From Tetramitus jugosus (Eukaryota > Protista > Heterolobosea): DNA of 64,000 nucleotides. The first letter of the stretch is position 1. Each line of letters starts with the position of its first letter. Of this stretch, positions 1-8,777 are shown one piece after another. The position numbers and the translations under genes were made by a program. The stretch covers positions 124,001 to 188,000 of the forward strand of contig OW569347.1 in assembly GCA_937625935.1 (NCBI GenBank), given 5' to 3'. The notes beneath the pieces were generated by a model. The model was given only the letters and a program-made list of their open reading frames with translations, made no database searches and had not been told where the DNA came from.

Positions 1-297
1 AAAGATGATTATTGTGTGTCGTTGGTGTCCTTGTTTTTTTGAGTGTGACAGTGACGCGTTGTGTGCTCTCCACCATTAACATTACAATTTCCAGTCCTTG
101 AATATGTGGGGAGAGGATATGATCGCAAGTTCAATTCCCGGGAACAGCAAGCCATTTCGGTGAATTACCACCATCACGCCCAAAACAAACAAAATTGCCT
201 TTCAAACAACTATATCTCTAAATATCAAGCATAAACTGATCACCTTCTCTCTCCGGCAGTTTCCCCACCACTGTGAAAACAACAACAACAACGAATA

Positions 298-2175
298 ATG
301 ATGATCATACAACACATTCATCGAATCTTACAAATCATTCGCACATTTTTCAAGCTCAATTATTTCATTCGGCTCATCATCTATCTATTGCTCTATGCCA
401 TTTATCTCATTATTATTACACCACTTCCTCCTCCCATCTACTCTTCCTATCCATCATCCTATCATCAACCACAACAACAACAACAACAACATGATGAAAA
501 TTTGGGAGTGATACTCTCATTGGCCAAACAAACGAAAATCAAGTATAAAAAAGCGATACAGGAACCAATTTTTGATCGATTGATTTCTAATGTGAGGAAC
601 ATGAATGAGATGCCTGATTTTTGGACGGATTACCCTGGTTTGAGAGGTTATGAGATGATTGTTGGTTATTTGATGTTTGGACGATTGTATCTCTTTGCAG
701 AGAATTATCACTTTTTTTCAAAATTGAATGCTCAACATGCTCAGCAACAACAACAACAACAACAACAACAACGACAGAATTCATATTCTCCGAGTAAGAA
801 CAATCACTACATGTTCAACAAATCGCAAATCAATAACAATACTAATAGCAATTCGAAGAAACAACCATCATCACCGTCACCGTCATCGCAACAGCAACCT
901 GTTGAAGAGACACGCCATCCGACATTCTCTCAGTTGCTTCACTCTGTCTTCTGGTTCCTCATCAATGTTACATTTGTTCCCGATTATTACTTTATCTTTT
1001 TTAGTGCATGGTACAAGGGCTATCTGTTCACAAACGTGTTCCTGTGCTCCTATCACACAGCCATCTCTGTCTTCATGATCTGGTTCAATATTCTGTGCTT
1101 GTTGTCTGGTGATTGGTTCTGGGAACATAGTCGAAGTCAGACACATGAACGAAATCGCAGACAACAGCGCGTTCAAGAAGATAGACAATTGACCATTCTG
1201 GTGAGAGACATGTTGTTGCCAGAGTTGAACAATTTGCATGCATCGATCAATCAGTTGCGTTCCCCTGCAGATTACACTCGAATGAATGTCAATCAATTGG
1301 TGAGCAATGAATTGGAATTGCAAGATCAGTTGGATATGATACGGTATGAGTTGGTGAATCGATCCACGACGGGAGATGCCAATTCGGATACGAGTAACAA
1401 TCAGGGCAATAGTGCTGGTAGTGCTGATGGATCAAATGAGAGCAACAGTAGCATTTGGACAATGATGAACAATTATCGTCGCAATAACAATGGTCACAAC
1501 AGCTCCAGTGTTATTCATAGTAGTCCTTCTTCCATTGTGGGACGAGAGAGAAGAAATTCTCTTCGGTTTCATACGTGCGATCGTTGTGTCATATGCCTCG
1601 ATCGCAAACCTGACATTTATTTGAAAACGTGTTATCATGCATGCATGTGTCGATTCTGTGCTCTGAATCATAACCTCAATGGTCGCACAAGTCTCAGCAG
1701 TCAAGGTGAATTGAGTAGTCGATTCTCGTTCAACACCATTGGTCAAACACAAGTGAAAGAAGAAGAAGGTGGAGATCAAGGTGGAGGAGAAGCAGAGGAA
1801 ATGGATGCTTATTGGCGACAAATGATTGACTCTTACGAGGATGAATCAGATGAGAATAATAACAATATCGATACCAACAACGGTTTGCTTGCTGTTAATA
1901 GCGACAATGAAGACACTCATGAGGATGATAGTGATGATGCAATACGCTTCTATAATCCTCATGCAAAATTGAAGCCAGATCTCACGAAATGTCCCATGTG
2001 CAACACGACGATCCGTGGATGGGGATACTGCTACAAGCGTGCTTCACCTCTCATCTCGTCATCCAATCCCTATGAGACAACAACAACTGCAATCGAGCTC
2101 TCAAAGCTCACCAAGTACATTACATCGAATCCAACCATCATACGGAGACTCAGATATTGGTCCACCACTCAATAA
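298..2175 (+). CDS. Membrane-associated RING-HC (C3HC4) protein, putative E3 ligase, with an interrupted RING
   Basis: 625-aa ORF with hydrophobic segments; CVICLDRKPDIYLKTCYHACMCRFC followed about 110 aa later by CPMC. Confidence 0.7.
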   Translation: MMIIQHIHRILQIIRTFFKLNYFIRLIIYLLLYAIYLIIITPLPPPIYSSYPSSYHQPQQQQQQHDENLGVILSLAKQTKIKYKKAIQEPIFDRLISNVRNMNEMPDFWTDYPGLRGYEMIVGYLMFGRLYLFAENYHFFSKLNAQHAQQQQQQQQQQRQNSYSPSKNNHYMFNKSQINNNTNSNSKKQPSSPSPSSQQQPVEETRHPTFSQLLHSVFWFLINVTFVPDYYFIFFSAWYKGYLFTNVFLCSYHTAISVFMIWFNILCLLSGDWFWEHSRSQTHERNRRQQRVQEDRQLTILVRDMLLPELNNLHASINQLRSPADYTRMNVNQLVSNELELQDQLDMIRYELVNRSTTGDANSDTSNNQGNSAGSADGSNESNSSIWTMMNNYRRNNNGHNSSSVIHSSPSSIVGRERRNSLRFHTCDRCVICLDRKPDIYLKTCYHACMCRFCALNHNLNGRTSLSSQGELSSRFSFNTIGQTQVKEEEGGDQGGGEAEEMDAYWRQMIDSYEDESDENNNNIDTNNGLLAVNSDNEDTHEDDSDDAIRFYNPHAKLKPDLTKCPMCNTTIRGWGYCYKRASPLISSSNPYETTTTAIELSKLTKYITSNPTIIRRLRYWSTTQ

Positions 2176-2261
2176 AACTCCCAATCCATGGAACCAAACA
2201 TATGCTTCATGCTTTTTTAACACATCTTGAACTTTTTTCACAAAGAAAAACAACAACAAAA

Positions 2262-3554
2262 ATGACAACAACAAAACAACAACAAAAAAGATCAAGTGAC
2301 GCTCCCACCACACGACAAGAACAAGCATCCCCCATCTCCACCCTCTTCCATGCCTTCTTCGCCACCTTCCAACGAAGTCTCATTATTCAACCCATTGTCT
2401 TTGTGCAGCAATACGTGTTGAACGGTGCCAAAGTCGTTGAAACCATGGATCAGTATGGAACACTGACCATCAAGGATCGAAAGATTGCATGGCTCAAACC
2501 AATCATTCAAACCACACTTCTCGCTCTTCAATTCTTCTTGCCCAATGCACTCTTGAGTAGTAGTAGTAGTAAATCATCATCATCAAATACTAAGAATAAT
2601 AATGAGAAGAAGAATAGTGATGATACTATTAGTAGTAATGATGAAAAGGTGATTGATAGTCAAACTACTAATGATGAGAGTAATAATAACAATGAAAATA
2701 CGGAAAAAGAGGAAGAAGAGCAGGAACAACACAATAATGAAGATGAGAATGAAAATCAAAATGACAAAAAGGATGATGATAGTGAGGATGAGGAAGATGA
2801 AGATGATATTGGTGAAAGTCTATTTTCTCTCTATATTGATGAAGACTATCAATTGTATGGTTTCGAGTGGAACAATGTGTCATTTGATCTCTATCACTTG
2901 AACACAGCATCTACTCAGTATGACATGACTGGTCAAGTCATTTGGCCCGCTTCAGAAGTATTGGCACGATACTTGATTGATCACTCTGAGTCTCTTGAAC
3001 TATCAAGCAAGAAAATGTTAGAATTTGGAGCAGGTGTGGGTCTCAGTGGATTCGCAGCTGCATTTGCCGGTTGTGCCACTACTGTCATGACTGATGATTC
3101 TCAGAACAGTGTTGTTGAGCGATTGTTAATCAAGAATGTGCAACTAGCACAGGAACAATTGAAGAATCGACCAGAGTCATCCGCTACAGGAGAGCTGCCT
3201 GTTGTGTCCTATGAGCCATTGCACTGGGGAGATGAAACAGATTTGAAGAAGATTACGGATGTGTATGGAACGTTTGATATTTTGATTGGTGCTGATACAG
3301 TATATTGGCCAGATAGTGTCATTCCACTCTTGACATCGATTGATGTCCTGTTGAGTCATGATCCAGCTGCTGTGTGCTTCCTTGTCTATGTGGAAAGATC
3401 CAGACAGACATGCAATCTGCTGTTGGACACTGCGCGTGAACAATTCAACTTCCACGTCGAATACATGCCTGATGAGCAAGTGGACCACAAGTACAACTTG
3501 AATCATGTCACTGGCGAGAAAGTGAAAACCATTATCGTCAAGAGAAAAGTATAA
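2262..3554 (+). CDS. METTL21/family-16 protein lysine methyltransferase
   Basis: TGQVIWPASEVLA, motif I MLEFGAGVGLSG, LHWG and FDILIGADTVY; likely ATG at 2262 in the ORF frame. Confidence 0.85.
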   Translation: MTTTKQQQKRSSDAPTTRQEQASPISTLFHAFFATFQRSLIIQPIVFVQQYVLNGAKVVETMDQYGTLTIKDRKIAWLKPIIQTTLLALQFFLPNALLSSSSSKSSSSNTKNNNEKKNSDDTISSNDEKVIDSQTTNDESNNNNENTEKEEEEQEQHNNEDENENQNDKKDDDSEDEEDEDDIGESLFSLYIDEDYQLYGFEWNNVSFDLYHLNTASTQYDMTGQVIWPASEVLARYLIDHSESLELSSKKMLEFGAGVGLSGFAAAFAGCATTVMTDDSQNSVVERLLIKNVQLAQEQLKNRPESSATGELPVVSYEPLHWGDETDLKKITDVYGTFDILIGADTVYWPDSVIPLLTSIDVLLSHDPAAVCFLVYVERSRQTCNLLLDTAREQFNFHVEYMPDEQVDHKYNLNHVTGEKVKTIIVKRKV

Positions 3555-3625
3555 ATTTTATTCCAAATCGATATTCCATAGTTTCAATCTATCATCATGC
3601 AAGTTTTTATAAATATGCACAACAT

Positions 3626-4509
3626 TTAGAATGCCTTCTCGTCCATTTGAACAAACAAAGTGGTTCCATCGAGCTCAGACAACTCACCAAGAGCATTGTT
3701 GGCTTCTTCCTCAGAAGCAAAGCAAACAAAGCCAAATCCTCTGGATTCACCAGACTCTCTGTCCTTGACAATCTTGACGTTTTGGACGGTACCGACTTGT
3801 TCCATGTGGTTTCTCAAAGTGTCTTCGTCAATGTGTCTTGGTATCCTTCCAACAAACACTTGTCTTCCCTTGACAGACTCTCTTGGAGCTCTTGGCTCTC
3901 TTGGTTCTCTTTGTTCACGTGGCTCTCTTGGTGCATCATCATCAATAGCAATCATTGAGATGGTTCTGCCTTCAAAGTCAGAATTGTTCAATTGTTCAAG
4001 TGCCTTTTGTCTGTCTTCTTCAGTAGCAAAGTGAACAAAGGCTCTTCCTCTGGATCTGCCAGTCTCACGGTCCTTCAACACCTTGGCAAAGACAACGTGG
4101 GAAACTGGAGCGAAAAAGTCCTTGATTTGTGGCCATTCAGCACTCCATGGAAGGTTTCTGACGAGAACCTTGAACATTGGAGTGTTGTTGTTGTTATTGT
4201 TGAGAAAGTCGCTTCTTTGCTTCATGACTGGTTCTTGGTCGCCAAAAAAGTTGTCGGCAATTGTTTCTTGTTGTTGGAAAACAGGGACTGCATATGATCA
4301 TTATCAAAAAAAGAAAGAAAGAAGAATGTAAGTCATCATTGTTGTTGTTATTGTTGCCTGTTCACACAAAAAAAGAGAGACATACATTGAGCATGATAAG
4401 CTCTAAAGTTTGGAGCAAACAAGGTGGATCTTGGAGCGACAAGGCGTTGAATAACACGGTTGTTGTTTCTGCGAGAAATGAGTTGTGCAAAGGAGGCAAT
4501 CTTGGACAT
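3626..4509 (-). CDS. Two-RRM RNA-binding protein with N-terminal mitochondrial-type presequence (2 exons, intron 4288-4385)
   Basis: Two RRMs (RNP1 RGRAFVHF and RGFGFVCF). A GTATGT...CAG intron joins exon 1 (MSKIASFAQLISRRNNNRVIQRLVAPRSTLFAPNFRAYHAQ) in frame to the 3626-4225 ORF. Confidence 0.8.
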
Positions 4510-4977
4510 GATTATTATGCGAATAGGTGAGTTGTTGTTGCTTGTTTGATTATTTTTTGGTTTTTTGTGTGTGAAACAAAAATCAAATCTCCGATTACAA
4601 TTTTATGCGCAACCTTTTCTGTTGACGGCAAAATACGTAGCAAGTTTTAGCGAGAATCTGGCAACACAACATTGAGGCTTCCTTCATTGTTGAGATGCCA
4701 TGTCGTCCTGAATCTTCTTGGTGTGATTGCTGTCGTTGTTGTGAGTTTTGGTTGTGGGTGAGAGTGCATATTTCTTGTATTCGAAGTGTATTACTCTGGT
4801 TGACCTGGCTCCTTATCTTGAGCAAAGAACAGTCAACTTTTCTCTGCAAAACCAGTCGTTCATCGAGGTATATTCCTTGAAATTTCACAAATTCTTCTCC
4901 ATACTACATTGTGAAATTTCACTTTTTCTGTGTCCTCTGAGTTGAATTTCTTTGTTTCCACTGCATTTGTGATTCAT

Positions 4978-5556
4978 TCACTGCACATCCAACAACAAAA
5001 ATTGTTGCTTCTGGAAGAAGGAACGAGAGTTTGTTGAGCTCATGGAGTGCAGATAGGGCGATTTTCGAATGGTTCTCATGGCCAAAATACCACAGTCATT
5101 CTTGTTGGGCATAAAGAATGTCATTGCATTCACTAAGAGTGCCACTTTACTGCGATCGACACACAATATCGCCTCATATATCTGTCCCTGTTGTTGTGCA
5201 TGCACATTAAATGACAATACTTGAACATCAAATGTCCCTGCGAGTCCATAGTAGAATTGCAGTTGATCCTGGAGCACTTGAAGCAAGTAGTCATCAGTCA
5301 GCATGGATCCAGCGAATTCGTCTGACACTTGACTATTTGAGCGTGAAAGAGTTTGAAAATGTTGTCAAGTCAAGTTGCACACATTCAAGAACGAGTGCAT
5401 CGTAATAGTGAGAGAGAAGAAGGTTATACGTGTCAGTTCTTCAGGAGTTTATTGTTGCAACAAAGACGTTAAAAAGCTTTAGAGTGAGACTCACATTTGT
5501 ACAGAAAGAAAATAGAGTTGTGACTCGATGGTCGTTCTTTGTGATTGCTTTTGCAT
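4978..5556 (-). CDS. Rpp14/Pop5/Pop8-like RNase P/MRP subunit (2 exons, intron 5333-5494)
   Basis: Spliced model MQKQSQRTTIESQLYFLSVQI|QVSDEF...; pattern YYGLAG..DVQVLSF...AILCVDRSKVALLVNAMTF resembles the family; GTGAGT/TAG splice sites keep the frame. Confidence 0.55.
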
Positions 5557-5608
5557 TTTTACTTTGAATTTTGTTTTTTGGACCAGAGCGGAGAAAAAGT
5601 AGCAAAGC

Positions 5609-6520
5609 TTAGTGACCCTTGAGCTTGACTGCTGACTTTGAAGTCTTGTTGGCCATCTTGTCCTTGAATGACCATGGCAAAAAGCCACCAAACATCTGTC
5701 CCAAATAACCGAGTCTCGTCATCAACAATTCTGGCTCAGCCACTAGAATTGCCTTTTCGATCATATCGGCAGCCTTTGCAGGACTGATATACTTGCTCTT
5801 ATCTCTCTGGACACCTTCAGAGCCAATAGAATTCATTTGAAAGTTCGATAGAACATAACCTGGACAAGCGATAGTCACTCTCACATTAGTGTCTGACAAG
5901 TCATTTCTAAGTGAGTGCATAAAGCCTTGCAACGCAAACTTTGATGCACAGTAGGCTGTTCGGTCCATGATGCCATACTTCCCACTGAGTGACGAAATGG
6001 CAGCAATATTCTTGTTGGTGGCATCTGGTGAGCTGCTAATCATGTGAGGCAGTGCATACATGACACATCGAGCAACACCATAATAATTCACGTCCATCAA
6101 CTGCGTGTGAGTGCTCAAATCATGACAGTCTTGGAATTTTCCATACGCACCCACACCTGCATTCAACAACAAGATATCAATGGTTCCAAACTTTTCCACT
6201 GCCTTCTCAATAAAATGTTTGCAGCTTTCTTCGCTTTGAACATCGAGAGAAAGTGCAAGTGCATCTGTGGCACCGACAGACAGGCACTCTTGTTTCACTT
6301 TGTCGAGCGCATTCACATTTCTGGCTCCAATGACCACTCTAGCACCCATCTTGGCATAGTGAAGGGCCAAAGCTTCACCAATACCTGAGCTAGCTCCGGT
6401 GATCACAACTACGAGTCCTTTGTAGGACTTGAAGATGGGTTTCTTCGATCGTGATAGAATGTTTTTAAGAATATAGATGGCCAATGACAAGACACCAATT
6501 GCTGCGATAAATGTTTTCAT
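5609..6520 (-). CDS. Short-chain dehydrogenase/reductase (DHRS7-like) with N-terminal membrane anchor
   Basis: TGASSGIG, NAG and YCASK catalytic motif. Confidence 0.92.
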   Translation of the reverse strand: MKTFIAAIGVLSLAIYILKNILSRSKKPIFKSYKGLVVVITGASSGIGEALALHYAKMGARVVIGARNVNALDKVKQECLSVGATDALALSLDVQSEESCKHFIEKAVEKFGTIDILLLNAGVGAYGKFQDCHDLSTHTQLMDVNYYGVARCVMYALPHMISSSPDATNKNIAAISSLSGKYGIMDRTAYCASKFALQGFMHSLRNDLSDTNVRVTIACPGYVLSNFQMNSIGSEGVQRDKSKYISPAKAADMIEKAILVAEPELLMTRLGYLGQMFGGFLPWSFKDKMANKTSKSAVKLKGH

Positions 6521-6738
6521 TTCCAGTTCTGAGTCTTCGCTTTTGATTGAGTTGTGTGTATTTTCCGATTGAAGTATTGAAAAACTCCGTGTTTGTCAAC
6601 ATTTACAATCATCCATCAAATCCAAATGTCCTTGTGTGGGGATCGTTCGCACACTCCCCCTTAACTTCCAACCCGTTTCTCTCACTGAAAAAAAAACCAT
6701 CATCCATATATTACTATACTGTACAACATATCAAAACT

Positions 6739-7728
6739 ATGAGAAATATTATTATTGCTGTTCTCGTTGCTTTGTTTTTGGTTGCTTTTGTAGCAGCTGC
6801 TGATAACTCTGCTTGCTTGAATGCTTGTGTCTCCTCTGGCTCTAGCAAGAGTACCTGCAGAAAGCTCTGTACTTTGGTTGCCAAGAGTGAAGAAGAAGAA
6901 GAGGAAGACTGGAAGGTCTATGGTAACGCAAGCAACGGTGGTCAATGGAACGCTGGCTTTGAATGGACATCCAAGGACGACCAAGAAGAGATTGATGAAG
7001 AGCGCTGGAAGGTTCACGGAAACGTTGCCAACGGTGGAAAGTGGAATGCTGGTTTTGAATACAACTCCAATGATGACGAGGAGGAAATTGAAGACTGGAA
7101 GGTTCACGGTAACGTTGCCAATGGTGGTCAATGGAACGCAGGTTTCGAATGGACCTCCAAGGACGACCAAGAAGAGATTGATGAAGAAGACTGGAAGGTC
7201 TATGGCAATGCCGCAAACGGTGGCCAATGGCAAGCAGGTTTCGAATGGACCTCAAAGGACGATGCTGAAGAGATTGACGAAGAAGACTGGAAGGTTTACG
7301 GAAATGCTGCAAATGGTGGCCAATGGCAAGCAGGTTTCGAATGGACTTCCAAGGACGATGAAGAAGACTGGGTGACTGCTCAAGACGACGACGAAGAAGA
7401 AGACTGGAAGGTCTATGGAAATGCAAGCAACGGTGGCCAATGGAATGCTGGCTTTGAATGGACATCCAAGGATGACGAGGAAGAAGTTGAAGACTGGAAG
7501 GTTCACGGAAACGTTGCCAATGGTGGAAAGTGGAATGCTGGTTTCGAATGGACTTCCAAGGACGACCAAGAAGAGATTGATGAAGAAGACTGGTATGTCA
7601 ACGGAAACGTAGGCAACAATGGCTTCAATGCTGGTGCTGGTTACCAAAACGGTGGCTTCAAGGCAGGAGGTAACGTTGACAACAGAGGCAACTGGGGTGT
7701 CGGTGCTTCATACTCTGTTCGCTTCTAA
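6739..7728 (+). CDS. Secreted repeat polyprotein: signal peptide, CX3C-X9-CX3C module, 7 Trp/Gly-rich 22-aa cores with acidic spacers, Gly-rich C-terminal unit
   Basis: ATG 6739 gives MRNIIIAVLVALFLVAFVAAA (signal peptide); repeats WKV(Y/H)GN(A/V)(S/A)NGG(Q/K)W(N/Q)AGFEWTSK followed by DD(Q)EEIDEED; AATAAA just after the stop. Confidence 0.9.
   Translation: MRNIIIAVLVALFLVAFVAAADNSACLNACVSSGSSKSTCRKLCTLVAKSEEEEEEDWKVYGNASNGGQWNAGFEWTSKDDQEEIDEERWKVHGNVANGGKWNAGFEYNSNDDEEEIEDWKVHGNVANGGQWNAGFEWTSKDDQEEIDEEDWKVYGNAANGGQWQAGFEWTSKDDAEEIDEEDWKVYGNAANGGQWQAGFEWTSKDDEEDWVTAQDDDEEEDWKVYGNASNGGQWNAGFEWTSKDDEEEVEDWKVHGNVANGGKWNAGFEWTSKDDQEEIDEEDWYVNGNVGNNGFNAGAGYQNGGFKAGGNVDNRGNWGVGASYSVRF
6910..7590 (+). 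repeat. Coding tandem repeat array of about 90-96 bp units (7 full units plus a degenerate WVTAQ unit)
   Basis: Recurring tggaaggt...gaatggac.tc.aaggacga units that differ mainly at synonymous sites. Confidence 0.95.
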
Positions 7729-7860
7729 AGAGCAATAAACAACGATTCTAAGCTGTACCAAAATACTCGCACTTGCTCTTGTTACACCATTCCTCTTGGT
7801 CAGGTTTCCATTGCGTAGTGTCATCTTCCTTCCAACACAAGGACATGTTTCGTGTAATTT

Positions 7861-8190
7861 TTTTTTTCATACAACCTGTGTTGCCCCTTTATTCTATACA
7901 CTACAGTGAGACATGATTCCGCTCAGCACCGCTAGGTGATGAGCAGTGTTTCATCTCTCTTCACAACAGAATTGATATACACCTTGTGTTGTGCCTTGAT
8001 GCAGGCACGTTTGGTAGAGTCTACGACTCCTTTAATCCTTTTCTCTGCCTCCCTCTTCTTGCGTCCTTTAAGCTTCAGTTCCTCCAGAAGTTCCTCCCTA
8101 AAGTCTTCCTCTTTACCCATCAGACCTTCAAGAAGCCTGTCCAGTCCAAAAGGACATTTCAAGAAATAATTCCACTCCTTCGGTGGCCGA
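7861..8190 (-). mobile_element. 5'-truncated non-LTR retroelement copy E1 upstream of tRNA-Leu
   Basis: Oligo(T) 7858-7867 (poly(A) tail on the minus strand), AATAAA (TTTATT 7888-7893), 16-bp TSD ATGTTTCGTGTAATTT at 7845-7860 and 8468-8483; encoded peptide matches the E3 C-terminus. Confidence 0.8.
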
Positions 8191-8196
8191 ATGTTT

Positions 8197-8453
8197 TTTT
8201 AATACAACAAATGGTGCTCACGCACCACGTTGCGGAACTTTTATTTTTCTTTTGCGTGAGAGAAGGCTTGCCTGCTCTCAATTGCCAAACATGATGAGGT
8301 GCTTGCCCAGTGGAGTGGCAGGCCTACGCAACAGGATTCATTCTCTTCTTGGAATGTTGTTTTGTTCCCTTCTTCAGGGATTCGTTGCGAGGGCCTCCAC
8401 TACCATCTGGAGCACCACTGGTGAGATCAGATGGCTCCGTAGTCCTAGTACTG
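8197..8453 (-). mobile_element. Second short poly(A)-tailed retro-insertion E2 nested at the 5' junction of E1
   Basis: Oligo(T) 8194-8200, same TTGTAT(T/G)-A(n) 3' end and AATAAA as E1 and E3; 20-bp TSD CCTTCGGTGGCCGAATGTTT at 8177-8196 and 8454-8473. Confidence 0.75.
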
Positions 8454-8509
8454 CCTTCGGTGGCCGAATGTTTCGTGTAATTTGTTTTTTCTGAGAGCGG
8501 AGAATATCG

Positions 8510-8590
8510 GCAAGCGTTCCCGAGTGGTCAAAGGGGCTGGACTTAAGACCCAGTGCATCAGCTTCGTGAGTTCGAACCTCACCGCTTGCA
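8510..8590 (+). tRNA. tRNA-Leu (anticodon TAA)
   Basis: Acceptor GCAAGCG/CGCTTGC plus A73, D-loop AGTGGTCAAA, loop CT-TAA-GA, long variable region, T-loop GTTCGAAC, downstream T-run. Confidence 0.93.
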
Positions 8591-8777
8591 TACCTTTTGT
8601 CTTTCCTTGCATCTCTCTTGTGCTTTTTTTTGTGGGGGTTTTTGTTTGTCCCATTTTTTGTGAAGCTTTTCGAAGGGGTATTTGTTTGCGCCATTCCGCC
8701 TCGTGTGTTCTGGTTGAGTATTTTGATTTAATTCAATCTACTTGTGGAGCAGCCAACACACAAACACAAATATTAAC

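Noticed and set aside
100-155. tRNA-like GTTCAATTCCC T-loop fragment
   Set aside because: No pairing T-stem, acceptor stem or D-arm could be built.
465-771. CAA, AAT and GAT trinucleotide runs here and throughout the window
   Set aside because: Ordinary poly-Q/N/D/S coding microsatellites typical of this genome.
4595-4945. Short ORFs between the RRM and Rpp14-like genes
   Set aside because: No motif and no ATG in a good context; probably promoter or UTR.
6910-7590. Regular repeat-spacer pattern that could look like a CRISPR array
   Set aside because: Units are in-frame coding repeats with synonymous variation, the spacers resemble each other, the context is eukaryotic and there are no cas genes.
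6700-7647. Long antisense and alternate-frame ORFs over the repeat gene (similar ones over CS, CBF5, ARP2 and 33846-34571)
   Set aside because: Shadow ORFs caused by biased codon usage and repeats in the real gene.
8177-8190. CCTTCGGTGGCCGA as a conserved 5' leader of the elements
   Set aside because: Identity extends into the flanking ATGTTT and the motif is absent from E3, so a second TSD explains it better.
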